The position numbers and the translations under genes were made by a program. Positions 7,878 through 18,236 of a stretch of DNA of 64,000 nucleotides are shown in pieces (position 1 is the first letter of the stretch; each line of letters starts with the position of its first letter). Origin of the DNA: a virus; IMG/VR virus record IMGVR_UViG_3300042884_001120, positions 1 through 64,000 of that record; one strand, given 5' to 3'. The notes beneath the pieces were generated by a model. That model ran no database searches and was not told where the DNA came from. It saw only the letters and a list, made by a program, of their open reading frames with translations.

Positions 7878-9389
7878 TTGGTGATCCAGAAAATGATAAA
7901 TACCGTAGAGCAGTCAAGTGCTGCAAATGTTGATTTAACTGCCAGTGGTTTTATAACAACTGGGCAAACTGGCGCTTTCTACGCCGCAAACAACCCAAGC
8001 GGCTTTATTACTGGCGTTAACCTTTCGAGTTACATCACAACTGGACAAACTGGCGCTTTCTACGCCGCAAACAACCCAAGTGGATTTACTACAGCAAGTG
8101 AGTTAGCAACGGGATTAACGGGTGTCGTACAATTGGCAATTGGGTATTCGATGTCTAGCGCAAATGCCGCAGTTAGTGGGTTTGCAGATTCTTTATCAGG
8201 AACTTTATCAGGATACGTTAAAACCGGACAGACTGGCACTTTCTATACTAGCAATAACCCAAGTGGATTTATTACTGGTGTATCTCAATTTAACTTTAAC
8301 AATGGTGGGGATCTAAGTGGTAGTTTGCTTTCCCCAACAGTAACCAAAATCCAAGGTAATCCTATTGGTAATGAAACACCAGTTGGTGGTCAGACCCTAC
8401 AATGGAATGGTACGGCTTGGGTTCCCGGCAGTATTCCAGCGGGTGGTAATGGCGGTGGCGGTAGGGTTTATTATTTTAATTTCGCACACACAAGCGGAAT
8501 AGCTCCTACCGGCGGGTTGCCAACTACTGGCGATTTCCCACTTTCACTTTTAGGTACGACATATTACGAAGGAAGTGGACAAGCACAGAGCGTCGACTTA
8601 GATCCTCAGCAGACTTACCACTTAATATGCGGCTTTGTGAGTGCTAGTGGTGATCCTGGTATAACAGAGATTCCAGCTGGTCTTTGGGATTTTAATATTT
8701 GGGCTAGCGTAAATAGTACGAGCGCAACGCAATCATCAATTAAAACAGTTCTTAATATATATAACCCAACCAACTCAACTTATCGTCAAGTAGCTGAATC
8801 AGATGATGTGTATCTTTACGATACTGCAACCCCAGCTCAGTATATAGCAAATATAACTGTACCGCAAACTGGTATTTTGGCGACCGAGCGTTTATATGTA
8901 GAAATATATGGTAAAAAATATACCAATAATGAAAGAAGAATTACTTTGTACTTTGATAGTTATCGCCCATCTCACGTTCATACAACAATTCCTAGCGTGG
9001 CTGGTAACGGCGTAGTTAAGGTTATAAATGGCGTACTACAAACTCCTGCTACTGGTATTTTTAACGACGACATTGATGCGAATGCTCAGATTCAGCAGAG
9101 TAAGATACAAAATTTAACAACTAGTTTGGCCAATCTTTATCCAAGAAATAACCCAAGTGGTTATATTACTGGCGTTGATCTTTCTAGTTATGTAACAAAT
9201 AGTGAAACTGGAGCTTTTTATCCTAGAACCAACCCAAGTGGATTTATTCCCACGATAAGTGGAACTGGAGTTTCAAATGGTGGCAATGTAATTACTGGTA
9301 ATTATACCGTGTCATCTATTGTGTATTTAACACAATCGCAATATAATGCGATCACCCCTGATGGTAGAACTTTATATCTAGTAGTTTAA
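7878..9389 (+). CDS. Tail fibre-like virion protein with NPSGFITG repeats (likely GTG start 7881)
   Basis: 27-aa repeats TGQTGAFYAANNPSGFITG; GGDLSG...PTVTKIQG and GQTLQWNGTAWVP fibre motifs. Confidence 0.7.
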   Translation: MVIQKMINTVEQSSAANVDLTASGFITTGQTGAFYAANNPSGFITGVNLSSYITTGQTGAFYAANNPSGFTTASELATGLTGVVQLAIGYSMSSANAAVSGFADSLSGTLSGYVKTGQTGTFYTSNNPSGFITGVSQFNFNNGGDLSGSLLSPTVTKIQGNPIGNETPVGGQTLQWNGTAWVPGSIPAGGNGGGGRVYYFNFAHTSGIAPTGGLPTTGDFPLSLLGTTYYEGSGQAQSVDLDPQQTYHLICGFVSASGDPGITEIPAGLWDFNIWASVNSTSATQSSIKTVLNIYNPTNSTYRQVAESDDVYLYDTATPAQYIANITVPQTGILATERLYVEIYGKKYTNNERRITLYFDSYRPSHVHTTIPSVAGNGVVKVINGVLQTPATGIFNDDIDANAQIQQSKIQNLTTSLANLYPRNNPSGYITGVDLSSYVTNSETGAFYPRTNPSGFIPTISGTGVSNGGNVITGNYTVSSIVYLTQSQYNAITPDGRTLYLVV

Positions 9390-9390
9390 T

Positions 9391-9654
9391 ATGATTTACT
9401 ATGGCCAGAATAGTTTAACTGCGCTATACGTTGGTTCTAATGCTATTACTATTGGCTATCTAGGATCCAATATTGTTTGGTCACCCTTAACTGGAAATTT
9501 AACTGGAAATTTTTGGTATAATATTACATCTACTGGATGTGCTTCTGTAACAATAAATAGTTCCAATAATATTAATAATGGGTTATCGTGGGGTAACAAT
9601 GTTTATTCCGGTATTTTATCTGGAACAAACAAGTATACCTATTGCTATAGTTAG
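9391..9654 (+). CDS. Small fibre-associated protein
   Basis: IYYG...LYVGS...GYLGSNIVW motif; abuts fibre gene. Confidence 0.55.
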   Translation: MIYYGQNSLTALYVGSNAITIGYLGSNIVWSPLTGNLTGNFWYNITSTGCASVTINSSNNINNGLSWGNNVYSGILSGTNKYTYCYS

Positions 9655-9658
9655 TTAC

Positions 9659-10675
9659 TTAGCTTAAGGTAGAATTAATCTTATTTAAACACGCGCACTT
9701 ATCAACAAGTGCGATATCAATATTTATCCTTTGATTATTAAGTGCTTCTAGATATAGATTATTAGAATCATTTAATATTTGCATTCTTTCGTTTAATTCT
9801 TTAGCGTCTTTTACAATAAGAAAATCGCTGATTTTATAACCACGTTCCCTTGCCTTGTTTATTGTTTTAACACATTTCGCATCAAAAAACAAAATAACAT
9901 CACACATTAGGCATTCGTAAAATCTATTCGCAAGTCCGGAATACACATCATGAGTGTGAACATCTTCAAAATAGATTGAATATTTGTAATTTTTAAGTGT
10001 TTCGTTTCCAGTAGTCCAGTCTAACTTGTCTAGGTAGTTAGCCTCAATACCGGCATTTTGATATTTTAACTGATTTTTTATTGATGAAGAAATGTAGTAA
10101 TTATCAACCCCATTAAAAGCAATCATGTCTTTATACCTGTGCTTTCTAGGTGTGCCAAAATATATACAATCTTTTTTATTTTTTACTGCATCCTGATCCA
10201 GTGGTTTGGAGTAATTGAAAATTAATGAATTTAAATTTGCTACATGCCATTCATCAATCCAATCGTTTAGCTTTTTTTCTTCGAGTTTTTTACCTAAAAT
10301 CCAATGACGATATCCAGATCTTTCCGTGTTGCAAATAACATTGTACTTTTTATGGTATTTCTTTACCACGTTTCTTAATAGAACGTTATCTTCTAGGTCA
10401 TAATCATTTACTAAAAACCACAATTTCGCATTAGGGTTATTGTCGATAATATCCATATATGCCTTGTATTTCATATAGGGAGAAGCGTAGCAACAAACAA
10501 TGTGATCCCATTGCTTTTCCAAGGCCTTGGGTATTTGTGACATGTGTGTAACTAATTCATAACCAAGTTCTTTCTTTAAAATTAGTGAGTTCCTTACATG
10601 TACTATGGAAGTATTGGAAAAATTTTCTTCTATAGTCTTTTTCTCACAGCTTTCTATCAATAGAACATTACTCAT
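9659..10675 (-). CDS. GT-B glycosyltransferase, T4 DNA beta-glucosyltransferase-like
   Basis: KLWFLVNDYDL, DCIYFGTPR, NRFYECLMCDVILFFD and VKDAKELNERM parallel T4 BGT motifs recalled from memory. Confidence 0.6.
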   Translation of the reverse strand: MSNVLLIESCEKKTIEENFSNTSIVHVRNSLILKKELGYELVTHMSQIPKALEKQWDHIVCCYASPYMKYKAYMDIIDNNPNAKLWFLVNDYDLEDNVLLRNVVKKYHKKYNVICNTERSGYRHWILGKKLEEKKLNDWIDEWHVANLNSLIFNYSKPLDQDAVKNKKDCIYFGTPRKHRYKDMIAFNGVDNYYISSSIKNQLKYQNAGIEANYLDKLDWTTGNETLKNYKYSIYFEDVHTHDVYSGLANRFYECLMCDVILFFDAKCVKTINKARERGYKISDFLIVKDAKELNERMQILNDSNNLYLEALNNQRINIDIALVDKCACLNKINSTLS

Positions 10676-10679
10676 AATA

Positions 10680-11414
10680 TTAAGTCCAGAACATCTCGCG
10701 CTGTTGCATCATCCACACTAGAAGCTCGGTGTCTTTTTGTACGATCTTTGCCTCAATTGCGTTATGCTTTGCGTAACGCTGCTCATAAGTACCTTTCTTT
10801 TTATCTGTTGCAACCGTAAGCGCGGCATCGGCCTTGTTTTCTAGCGCCGGACGCTCGACTTCAATATACTTAACAGCGGCTTTAACTTTTTTAAAGAAAT
10901 CTTTATGTGCATTATTGTCATTCCAATCTACAATTCCATCAACCATTTCATCGTACCAAAAATCAAGTAGTAGTGCAAAGTTAACCTTGCGCAGTGCCTC
11001 GCTAACATCTGTATATTGATGTCTAGGCATTGACTTTCGAAAGCGCGGATAAAAAGGTTTGATAAAACGCTTTACAGCGTACTTCTTTTCCCTATAATCA
11101 AAATATAATCCTTTAAAAAACGAGTAAACTGGATTCTCCCAACTAAAGCACCATTCACGAACGAACCACTGTACAGGATAAAGGCGTTTAATCTCTTTAC
11201 GCCATGCGCTCCACCCTTTCTCCTTCGACGTGTTTCCACCGAACAACGAGGCACGGTCGATAGGTAGCGCAAAAGGCTTTCTATAAAGTCCGTAAAGTTC
11301 GCGCTCTGACTTTGGTAGCGCAAAGTACTCGTCAACCGAGGAAACTTCTATATATTTAGGGAAGGTAGGCCCAGCGAGCCTCTTTTCTAGGGTTCTGATA
11401 ATTTTCACATCCAT
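10680..11414 (-). CDS. Hypothetical protein
   Basis: 244 aa ORF with own sigma70 promoter. Confidence 0.7.
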   Translation of the reverse strand: MDVKIIRTLEKRLAGPTFPKYIEVSSVDEYFALPKSERELYGLYRKPFALPIDRASLFGGNTSKEKGWSAWRKEIKRLYPVQWFVREWCFSWENPVYSFFKGLYFDYREKKYAVKRFIKPFYPRFRKSMPRHQYTDVSEALRKVNFALLLDFWYDEMVDGIVDWNDNNAHKDFFKKVKAAVKYIEVERPALENKADAALTVATDKKKGTYEQRYAKHNAIEAKIVQKDTELLVWMMQQREMFWT

Positions 11415-11445
11415 TAATATATAATAATACTATATGCACTATATG

Positions 11446-12036
11446 TCAATTCCAATTTAAGAACATTTCCCACTCTTTTACATTATGTTTATTTTTAATA
11501 TAAAAAGTAGACGGTAGTTCTTTGGGGTCTTGTGGCTTTTTAATTAATTTTAAACCAGCCTCTTCTGGAGTTCTGTCCGCTTTTTTTGAATTAATATCTT
11601 TATGCGTAAGAACACAATTTGACCAGTTGGTTTTTCCTCCTCGTGAGCGAGGAATCACATGATCTATATTAGCGTCTATTGGAAAAAGTTTTTTCCCCGT
11701 GTACTGGCACATACCGTTGTCCCTTTCCCATATAGCTTTTGCAGAAAATTTGGGCCGCTTTCTAGGCACTAGATTATAGTGACACAAAACAATTACTTTC
11801 GGTATTTTAATTTTGCCCTTAATTGTCTGTATATAATTATCCGTTTCTTCTGAAACATTTAATTTAATCCAATCATCCCATTTTAATGGAACCATGTTAT
11901 CTTCGCCGCGAATATCAAGACCAGTGGCATTGTTAGTATACATCATAGAAATTGCTTCTATGGCATTCTTAACATGAATTGCTTGCCAGTTCCTATTTAA
12001 AACTAGAACTGTTTCGTTTCTAAGTTTATCGTTCAC
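11446..12036 (-). CDS. HNH endonuclease
   Basis: VLVLNRNW...RDNGMCQYTG...NIDHVIPRSRGGKTNWSNCV...N..K. Confidence 0.9.
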   Translation of the reverse strand: MNDKLRNETVLVLNRNWQAIHVKNAIEAISMMYTNNATGLDIRGEDNMVPLKWDDWIKLNVSEETDNYIQTIKGKIKIPKVIVLCHYNLVPRKRPKFSAKAIWERDNGMCQYTGKKLFPIDANIDHVIPRSRGGKTNWSNCVLTHKDINSKKADRTPEEAGLKLIKKPQDPKELPSTFYIKNKHNVKEWEMFLNWN

Positions 12037-12421
12037 TGGTAACGCTCGTATCGGTATTGGTAGAATCTGGATCTATGTTTGCTTTATACAAATAGTCCAT
12101 TTCCAAAACTAAATCTTTCTTAGCTTGCTCTAGATATTCATCTGTTGGATATTTGTCCAACGATTCTCTAAGAAGATTCCCAATAATATCATTAACAGAA
12201 ATATCTTGTTCACATGAATAGGTTATTAGCATTTCAAGAATTTCTCTAGGCCAATCTTCAATATCAATTTCTATTTTCTTATAAGGACGAAGCTCAATTG
12301 AGCCATTGTCGTGAAGCTTAACACTAAATTTAGTTCCTGCGCTCGCCCCAATTTCCTGAAGTTCTTCTTCGGTAAACTGGATATAGGCATCATTAGTTGG
12401 TTGTAATGCTTTCTTTATCAT
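12026..12421 (-). CDS. AbrB/SpoVT-like putative regulator
   Basis: YIQFTEEELQEIG...GTKFSV...GSIELRP. Confidence 0.5.
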   Translation of the reverse strand: MIKKALQPTNDAYIQFTEEELQEIGASAGTKFSVKLHDNGSIELRPYKKIEIDIEDWPREILEMLITYSCEQDISVNDIIGNLLRESLDKYPTDEYLEQAKKDLVLEMDYLYKANIDPDSTNTDTSVTSER

Positions 12422-12486
12422 AATTGTTAAGGAATTGTAAATGATTTCAACCGCTTTGTCAACTGTTAATTCACCATAATAAGTAC

Positions 12487-12864
12487 TTATTTTTCAAATT
12501 GTGCTTTAATTATTTTTACGCTTTCACCCCTATTATCCATAGCCTGTTGAGATATACTAACAGGATCGGTAATATACGCTCTCGTCCTGTAACTGCCTTT
12601 GGAGTCATAAGTCCAAAGCTGATTTTTTGAAGGTGGGTATAGATAAGCAACTATCGCATGACCGGAAAGTTTTTGTTTTCTATTATAGTCTATATAACTC
12701 ATAGTAATAACTTCTGACCATACATTATATTTTCTTAACCCCTCTCTAAATGAAATCGCCGTTGGAAGACAGGCGTTCTGTTCAAATTCCATCCATGCAT
12801 TAGGATTTTTAGGTGTGCTTTCACAACCCGTTAATAAAATTAAAGCAAAGATAATTTTTTTCAT
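12487..12864 (-). CDS. Lipoprotein, possible transglutaminase-like C/H/D fold
   Basis: Lipobox LLTGC; NACLP, GHA, YD. Confidence 0.5.
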   Translation of the reverse strand: MKKIIFALILLTGCESTPKNPNAWMEFEQNACLPTAISFREGLRKYNVWSEVITMSYIDYNRKQKLSGHAIVAYLYPPSKNQLWTYDSKGSYRTRAYITDPVSISQQAMDNRGESVKIIKAQFEK

Positions 12865-12870
12865 ATTCTA

Positions 12871-15044
12871 TTATCCCCCTACTCTATTATCAAAGTCATT
12901 CTGTCGACCAACCTCCCAAACTGTCTCCCAAAGAGAATCAATAGTGTGACAGATTTCTACCTTCTTCTTACCAACTGTCTTATAAGCTTTGTTAGGCTTT
13001 CCATTCTTTAATAGAGATGGTCTTTCATAAAGATACCAATCAATCCATCCAATTTGTTCATCATTGAAATGAGACTTCAAAAGGACATCAATAACCCTTT
13101 CATATGGTTCAGTATAATTCATTAGATCAATACCAAGATCATAAGTCTTTCGACCCTTTTCATGCATTAACTGAAGCTTTAAGATAATTTCTTCAAAGAG
13201 TTCTTTTGTCATAATCTTATTCTATATTCTTTAGGAGGATGTGTCAATCCTCTTTATATGCTACACAATTAATTCTTTTATTAAAATCAGAGATGAGATT
13301 GGCTGTAATCCTAGAACCATCCTGAAGAGTTACACCAAGCCACCAATGACCATTATCCATTCTTTCTAAATGAAATAACTGAACATCTTCGGCAACAATC
13401 TCATCAAGATTGCCTTCACTATTATATCGAAATTCCCATTCAGGATTCATAATATTACCAGTTATCGAAGTCTAGGCCTCTTTGTGTCATAATCTCCCAA
13501 AACTCTTTTCTAGCTTCTTCGAGTGCTTCGTAATACTCATCAGGCTTTCCTTTATTGTCTCCAGTGTCTTCTGGATACTTGATCTTGTCTCTTAGGTATT
13601 GATCTATGTCCCAAGCAACCAAATACCAGCTAGTGGCATTGGATGCAAGTTTAAAGTCTGATTGCTCTTCTGGCAAATTAAAAGTTAATGTTCCTGTTGG
13701 CATATTATGTATAATATTAATTTTTTGGAAGACGTGTCAAGTCTTGTATTTTCTTTTCTAGCTTTACTAATTTTAAAGCTAAATCGCTTGCCGCCTCTTC
13801 CCACGTTGGCTCTTGAAATTCATTAGAAAATGTCTTCGGCAAATCTTGTATATTTAAATATTTATCACACTTGCATTGTTCTTTTATATGTTGACATTTA
13901 TAACACCATGTGCACACACGCTCGCCTTCTACGGGGTCTCCGTTATTCAATTCGGACTCGACAAGATCAATAATGTTTTTGTCATATCCACCCCAATGAA
14001 GTGGATACATAGGATGCTTTTGAGATTCATTGTCTTCTTTAAGACTTGTGATCTGACATTGTAAACTCTTATTATATGTTTTTAATTTCTTTTCTCTTTC
14101 CCCATACATTAATTTTAATGCTTCAATCTCCTTATTAGCAGCATTGAGTTGATGCTTATATTCCTCCCTCTCTTCGGCACATTTCTTGTAGTCATTCTGA
14201 ATAATCTGAGTTTTAGCCTCATTAAAGGTTATGCCATAACTACTCCCCTCCTTCTGAAGCAGTCTTTCAATTAGCTCAACGTTCTCAGTCTTTAGATGTC
14301 TGAGATCTCTGACTTCCTTGGTAAGCTGTACGTTTTCATTATAAAACTTCTCTGCCTCTTCTCTTAAATGTGCTACTGACTGTCTAAGATTTATTGCATT
14401 ATTGTGTTCTGTAGTTCCATCTTCTTGGATGGCCTTGAGAATATCTTCAAGGGTCTTATTTTCTCCCTTTAGCCTTGCGTTTTCCTCTAATTGGTTCTCA
14501 AGTTGCCTCTTAATCCGTGAGTAGTTAAACCAGTTGTACATATAAATATGTTACTGATATATGATAGCTATGTCAATATTAAAATGCAAACATTAGTGCA
14601 GTTTGGGCAACAATGGGTTGATTACCCCCATGAAACTTAAAATCCCTACTGATAATACCACCTAATTGGCAGTCTTTTTTCTTTGATACTTTAAGATGGT
14701 ACTTGGATTGTAACCTATTAATATCCTCTATAACGTCTCTACTATCATGGTAAGCGCCAATATAGTCAATTAATTTAAATTCTGGCTTTTCGTATGCATA
14801 CGTGTTTGTCGCCAGTAATATACATAATATAATTATATTTTTATATCTCATAGTGCCAACTCCTCTTGAACTCTTCAAATTTCTTTAGCCAAAGATTAAA
14901 CTTTCTAAGTCTTTTGGTTCCTTTTTCGCCTTTCTTCTTTACCTTCTTAACTCCTTTTGATATCATCCAAAAGAACATCAGCATTCCAAATGCTAATAGA
15001 CCCACTGTTACATGACCAATAACATGAATATCATTATGTTGCAT
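12871..15044 (-). other. Run of small hypothetical CDS (12871..13212, 13244..13450, 13455..13703, 13717..14541 coiled coil, 14579..14851, 14841..15044)
   Basis: Co-oriented, tightly packed ORFs, several with own promoters. Confidence 0.7.
13213..13247 (-). promoter_or_regulatory. Type-A repeated sigma70 promoter
   Basis: TTGACA-CATCCTCCTAAAGAATA-TAGAAT-AAGATT-ATG. Confidence 0.8.
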
Positions 15045-15866
15045 TTAATGCTGTCCACCCTCCCATGTACTACCACAGGGCCCACCACTCTCATTAACAT
15101 CGATCACAATATCTTCTCCTTCAGGTGTTATCAAGGGTATATAATGTCTGCTGATGCGCTGAGTGGATTTTGGAACATAATGGCAGATAAAGGATCTACG
15201 AAATCTGTCTTTGGATCTATTTGGCCCTGAGCCATGAATTGAACTACCATTAAAGAATAATGTATCACCTGATTTCATAATACAAGGAACAGCCTTTTTT
15301 CCTTTTGGAGTTGGTACAAAATGGTTTGTGAATGACTCTGCTGCATTGGCTTCTTTTGGACATATAATTTCCTCTTCTGCTGTATCTGCTACAAGATACA
15401 TTCCACCATTCTCTGGATCTGCATCATCGATAGCAGTCCATGCTGCAACACATGTTTGTGGTTCAACTAAAAGATAGAAATTATCTTGATGCATTGCCTG
15501 TCCTCTAGAGCCTGGTGGTTTATAGTAAAACATGCTTTGAGCAGCAAGTACATCTTCTTGCATAAGCTCTTTCAAGCAAAAAAGAACAGCTGGATGGACA
15601 AGATTTTTGCGTGATACAGAGTCATAACGATGTGGTTGCAGCACTCTCGGAAATTCTTTTAAAGGGTCTCCATTTGATTCATCTTTAGAGACAGGGTAAA
15701 AATAATCTTCAATAGTACCACTCTTTGCAATTCGATCAAAGGTATTTTTAATTTCTTCTACTTCAGCTTCAGAAAAGAGGCCTCTTGCTACAGCATAACC
15801 ATGTTGCTTGAAAGAGGCCTTCATCTCTTCAAGGTTAACAGATTCGGGCAGTGTATATTTATTCAT
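15045..15866 (-). CDS. PhyH-family 2OG/Fe(II) dioxygenase
   Basis: KPPGSRGQAMHQDNFY, GDTLFFNGSSIHGSGPN, RRS (HxD...H...R). Confidence 0.9.
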   Translation of the reverse strand: MNKYTLPESVNLEEMKASFKQHGYAVARGLFSEAEVEEIKNTFDRIAKSGTIEDYFYPVSKDESNGDPLKEFPRVLQPHRYDSVSRKNLVHPAVLFCLKELMQEDVLAAQSMFYYKPPGSRGQAMHQDNFYLLVEPQTCVAAWTAIDDADPENGGMYLVADTAEEEIICPKEANAAESFTNHFVPTPKGKKAVPCIMKSGDTLFFNGSSIHGSGPNRSKDRFRRSFICHYVPKSTQRISRHYIPLITPEGEDIVIDVNESGGPCGSTWEGGQH

Positions 15867-15874
15867 ATTATTAT

Positions 15875-16042
15875 TTACACCTCTTTATACTCTACATAAC
15901 TCTCAAGTATTTTATCTTCGTGCTTAAACTGGATGCAGTTTTTGCCTTCATGGGTATATCTTTGTATAACGGTAATCTGCGACAAGGGAATCCATTGCTG
16001 AATATCTTCTACCCAAACTGATGCTATCTTTACACTATTCAT
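15875..16042 (-). CDS. Small hypothetical protein (55 aa)
   Basis: Manual: MNSVKIASVWVEDIQQWIPLSQITVIQRYTHEGKNCIQFKHEDKILESYVEYKEV. Confidence 0.55.
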   Translation of the reverse strand: MNSVKIASVWVEDIQQWIPLSQITVIQRYTHEGKNCIQFKHEDKILESYVEYKEV

Positions 16043-16398
16043 TTACTTGTTATAAGCATTACCCTAGTTATAATCTCTTCCAAGTCATCCTTGTCATATC
16101 TTGGATGCTGATCCCAATCTGGATCTCCATAATGTTCCAAATACCAATCAATTTCATTGATGATAGATTTAGATATAACTTTAATAAGTTCTACTTCAGC
16201 TTCTTCTGTAGTCTCCCAATCTGTATCTTCATAATCATGGTTGATATAACCAGCATGTTGGACTGTATAAACAACTTTTTCACCATACTGATAATCTGTA
16301 ATAATATAAAAATGACAATCACGATCCTTGTGGTAATCGCCACAAATAGTGTTATACCAAATCTTATTTAATTCAATAATTTTATTATGATTGTTCAT
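16039..16398 (-). CDS. Hypothetical protein
   Basis: ORF track. Confidence 0.65.
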   Translation of the reverse strand: MNNHNKIIELNKIWYNTICGDYHKDRDCHFYIITDYQYGEKVVYTVQHAGYINHDYEDTDWETTEEAEVELIKVISKSIINEIDWYLEHYGDPDWDQHPRYDKDDLEEIITRVMLITSK

Positions 16399-16400
16399 TA

Positions 16401-17030
16401 TTAATATCCCATATTAAGCTCTTGGGCTTGTGCCGCAAGTTCATCCAAAGCTTTTGCACGAGAATCAAATCCAAAAACTTCTATCTCAATAGCACCAAGC
16501 TCCATTGGGGTATAGTTTATATGTTCACAAGAAACACAGAAGTATCTTGGATCTGGTTTAATATTATATGTAACAGATCTGTCTAAAATTACATCAGGTT
16601 CATTTATCTTTACAACTTTATCATGGATGTGACCATGCACATTCACTTTATGAGCCTTGCCAAAGGAACTAGGATGAATTGGGATATGACTCATGAGAAT
16701 ACCGTTTTCTAAACGATGAGTACCACGAATGTCTTTGAAATATTTTAGATAAGATGATGATGGGTATATATCATGGTTGCCAGCAATTAGAATTTTACGA
16801 GAACCATTTAATCTTCCAATCTTTTCAATATCGCTTTTCTTTTGAGCAACATCGCCAAGAACGTAGACACGAGCATCTTTTGGAACCACTTTATTCCAGT
16901 TTGCTATAATAGTCTCATCATGCTCTTCAATAGAAGAAAATGGACGCAAAGGGTGTCCATTTTCTTTCTTCAAACTACACATATCAAAATCCCCGATGTG
17001 CAAATCTGCAATTACGAAAGTTGGTCTCAT
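16401..17030 (-). CDS. Calcineurin-like metallophosphoesterase
   Basis: ADLHIG, LGDV, GNHD, SHIP, HGHIH. Confidence 0.9.
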   Translation of the reverse strand: MRPTFVIADLHIGDFDMCSLKKENGHPLRPFSSIEEHDETIIANWNKVVPKDARVYVLGDVAQKKSDIEKIGRLNGSRKILIAGNHDIYPSSSYLKYFKDIRGTHRLENGILMSHIPIHPSSFGKAHKVNVHGHIHDKVVKINEPDVILDRSVTYNIKPDPRYFCVSCEHINYTPMELGAIEIEVFGFDSRAKALDELAAQAQELNMGY

Positions 17031-17131
17031 ATTTAAATATGCTACATGTTTATGATTTATTTGTCAATCTTTTCCTTTTACCCACACAATTCCTACCTCT
17101 ACTAGTATAGGTTTTAGGTGGACACTTCAAG

Positions 17132-17530
17132 CTACTTCTTAATCTTCAGACTCTTTACATCAACTCCAAATTTCTCAGCAATGTCCTTCAAAGTAACTTC
17201 TGTTACTAGGTTTGGATTAGAGATTCTATTTCCTTTTGAATCAAACCAAGCTTCAGATCCAAAAGAGTCCTTGCGATGAATCAAATTATTATTCTCATCA
17301 TATTCTTTCCAAAATTCAAATCCATCTGAGTTCTTGTAATGAATCAGATTATTATTCTCATCATATTCATACCAAGATTCAGATCCATCTGAGTCCTTGT
17401 AATGAATCCGATTACTATTCTCATCATATTCATTCCAATATTCATATCCATCTGAGTCCTTGATATGAATTTCATTTCCTTTTGAATCTTTGGTTACGAG
17501 TGGATAATTGATTACAGGTTTGTTTTTCAT
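17132..17530 (-). CDS. Repeat protein (20-aa YKDSDG-E-W-EYDENNNLIH units)
   Basis: Visible 60-nt tandem repeats. Confidence 0.75.
   Translation of the reverse strand: MKNKPVINYPLVTKDSKGNEIHIKDSDGYEYWNEYDENSNRIHYKDSDGSESWYEYDENNNLIHYKNSDGFEFWKEYDENNNLIHRKDSFGSEAWFDSKGNRISNPNLVTEVTLKDIAEKFGVDVKSLKIKK
17236..17470. repeat. 60-bp coding tandem repeat (~4 copies)
   Basis: attattctcatcatattc...tccatctgagtccttgtaatgaatc at 60-nt period. Confidence 0.9.
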
Positions 17531-17567
17531 GTTTTTATATTCTATATGCTTTAGGAGGAGGTGTCAA
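17531..17567 (-). promoter_or_regulatory. Type-A repeated sigma70 promoter
   Basis: TTGACA-CCTCCTCCTAAAGCATA-TAGAAT-8nt-ATG. Confidence 0.8.
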
Positions 17568-17575
17568 GATAATAA

Positions 17576-18232
17576 TCAGATCTTCTTATTCCAAACAATC
17601 TCAAAGAGATAACACTCCCAAGCAATTCCTATCTTTGTATATGAAGAGCAATTAAAGAAAGTTGGACATACCTTCTTCTTATTAAGAACAGGAAACTCCC
17701 AAAGACCCACGCTAAGCTTATTCCAGAGATAATTATTACAAAAATACATCTTAGCAGGTTTTGCGTTCTTTAGAATCTTCTTTGTTTTTTTTGTCAAAGG
17801 TTTGGAAACATTTACATATGTTTGATGATTTACTCTAATTTTATTCATAATTTACTTCAGCAGCTTGTTTTAACCAGTCTGAAAAAGCTTCGTCATATGA
17901 TCTAATTTCAAAACCACCATGGAAATCTTCATGGGTAAGTGATAAATTGTATTTTTTAGAAAGTTGTATAACTTCACTAAGAAAATTAATTGCATTCTCT
18001 GATCTATCTTTATTATAGAGGTATTTTTTAGTTGTCATATTTCTAAACCATCTAAATATAAAATTTCTTTATTAAATTCAATCGTTATTTCGTCCCCGCC
18101 ATTTCTTGGAATTATATTTATGCTATTACCATTTATATAGGCCCTTTGTGCATTCAATATATCAACATTATCAAATAGCAGGTTACAGTCTTCATCAATA
18201 CCGTCACTAATAGTAGCCCGAATTCTTTTCAT
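17576..18232 (-). other. Small hypothetical CDS (17576..17848, 17841..18038, 18035..18232)
   Basis: Overlapping stop/start junctions. Confidence 0.6.
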
Positions 18233-18236
18233 TTTA

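Noticed and set aside
13230-13245. + strand TAGGAGG in type-A repeats as a Shine-Dalgarno site
   Set aside because: It is antisense to all local genes and no credible + strand ORF follows; it is the promoter spacer.
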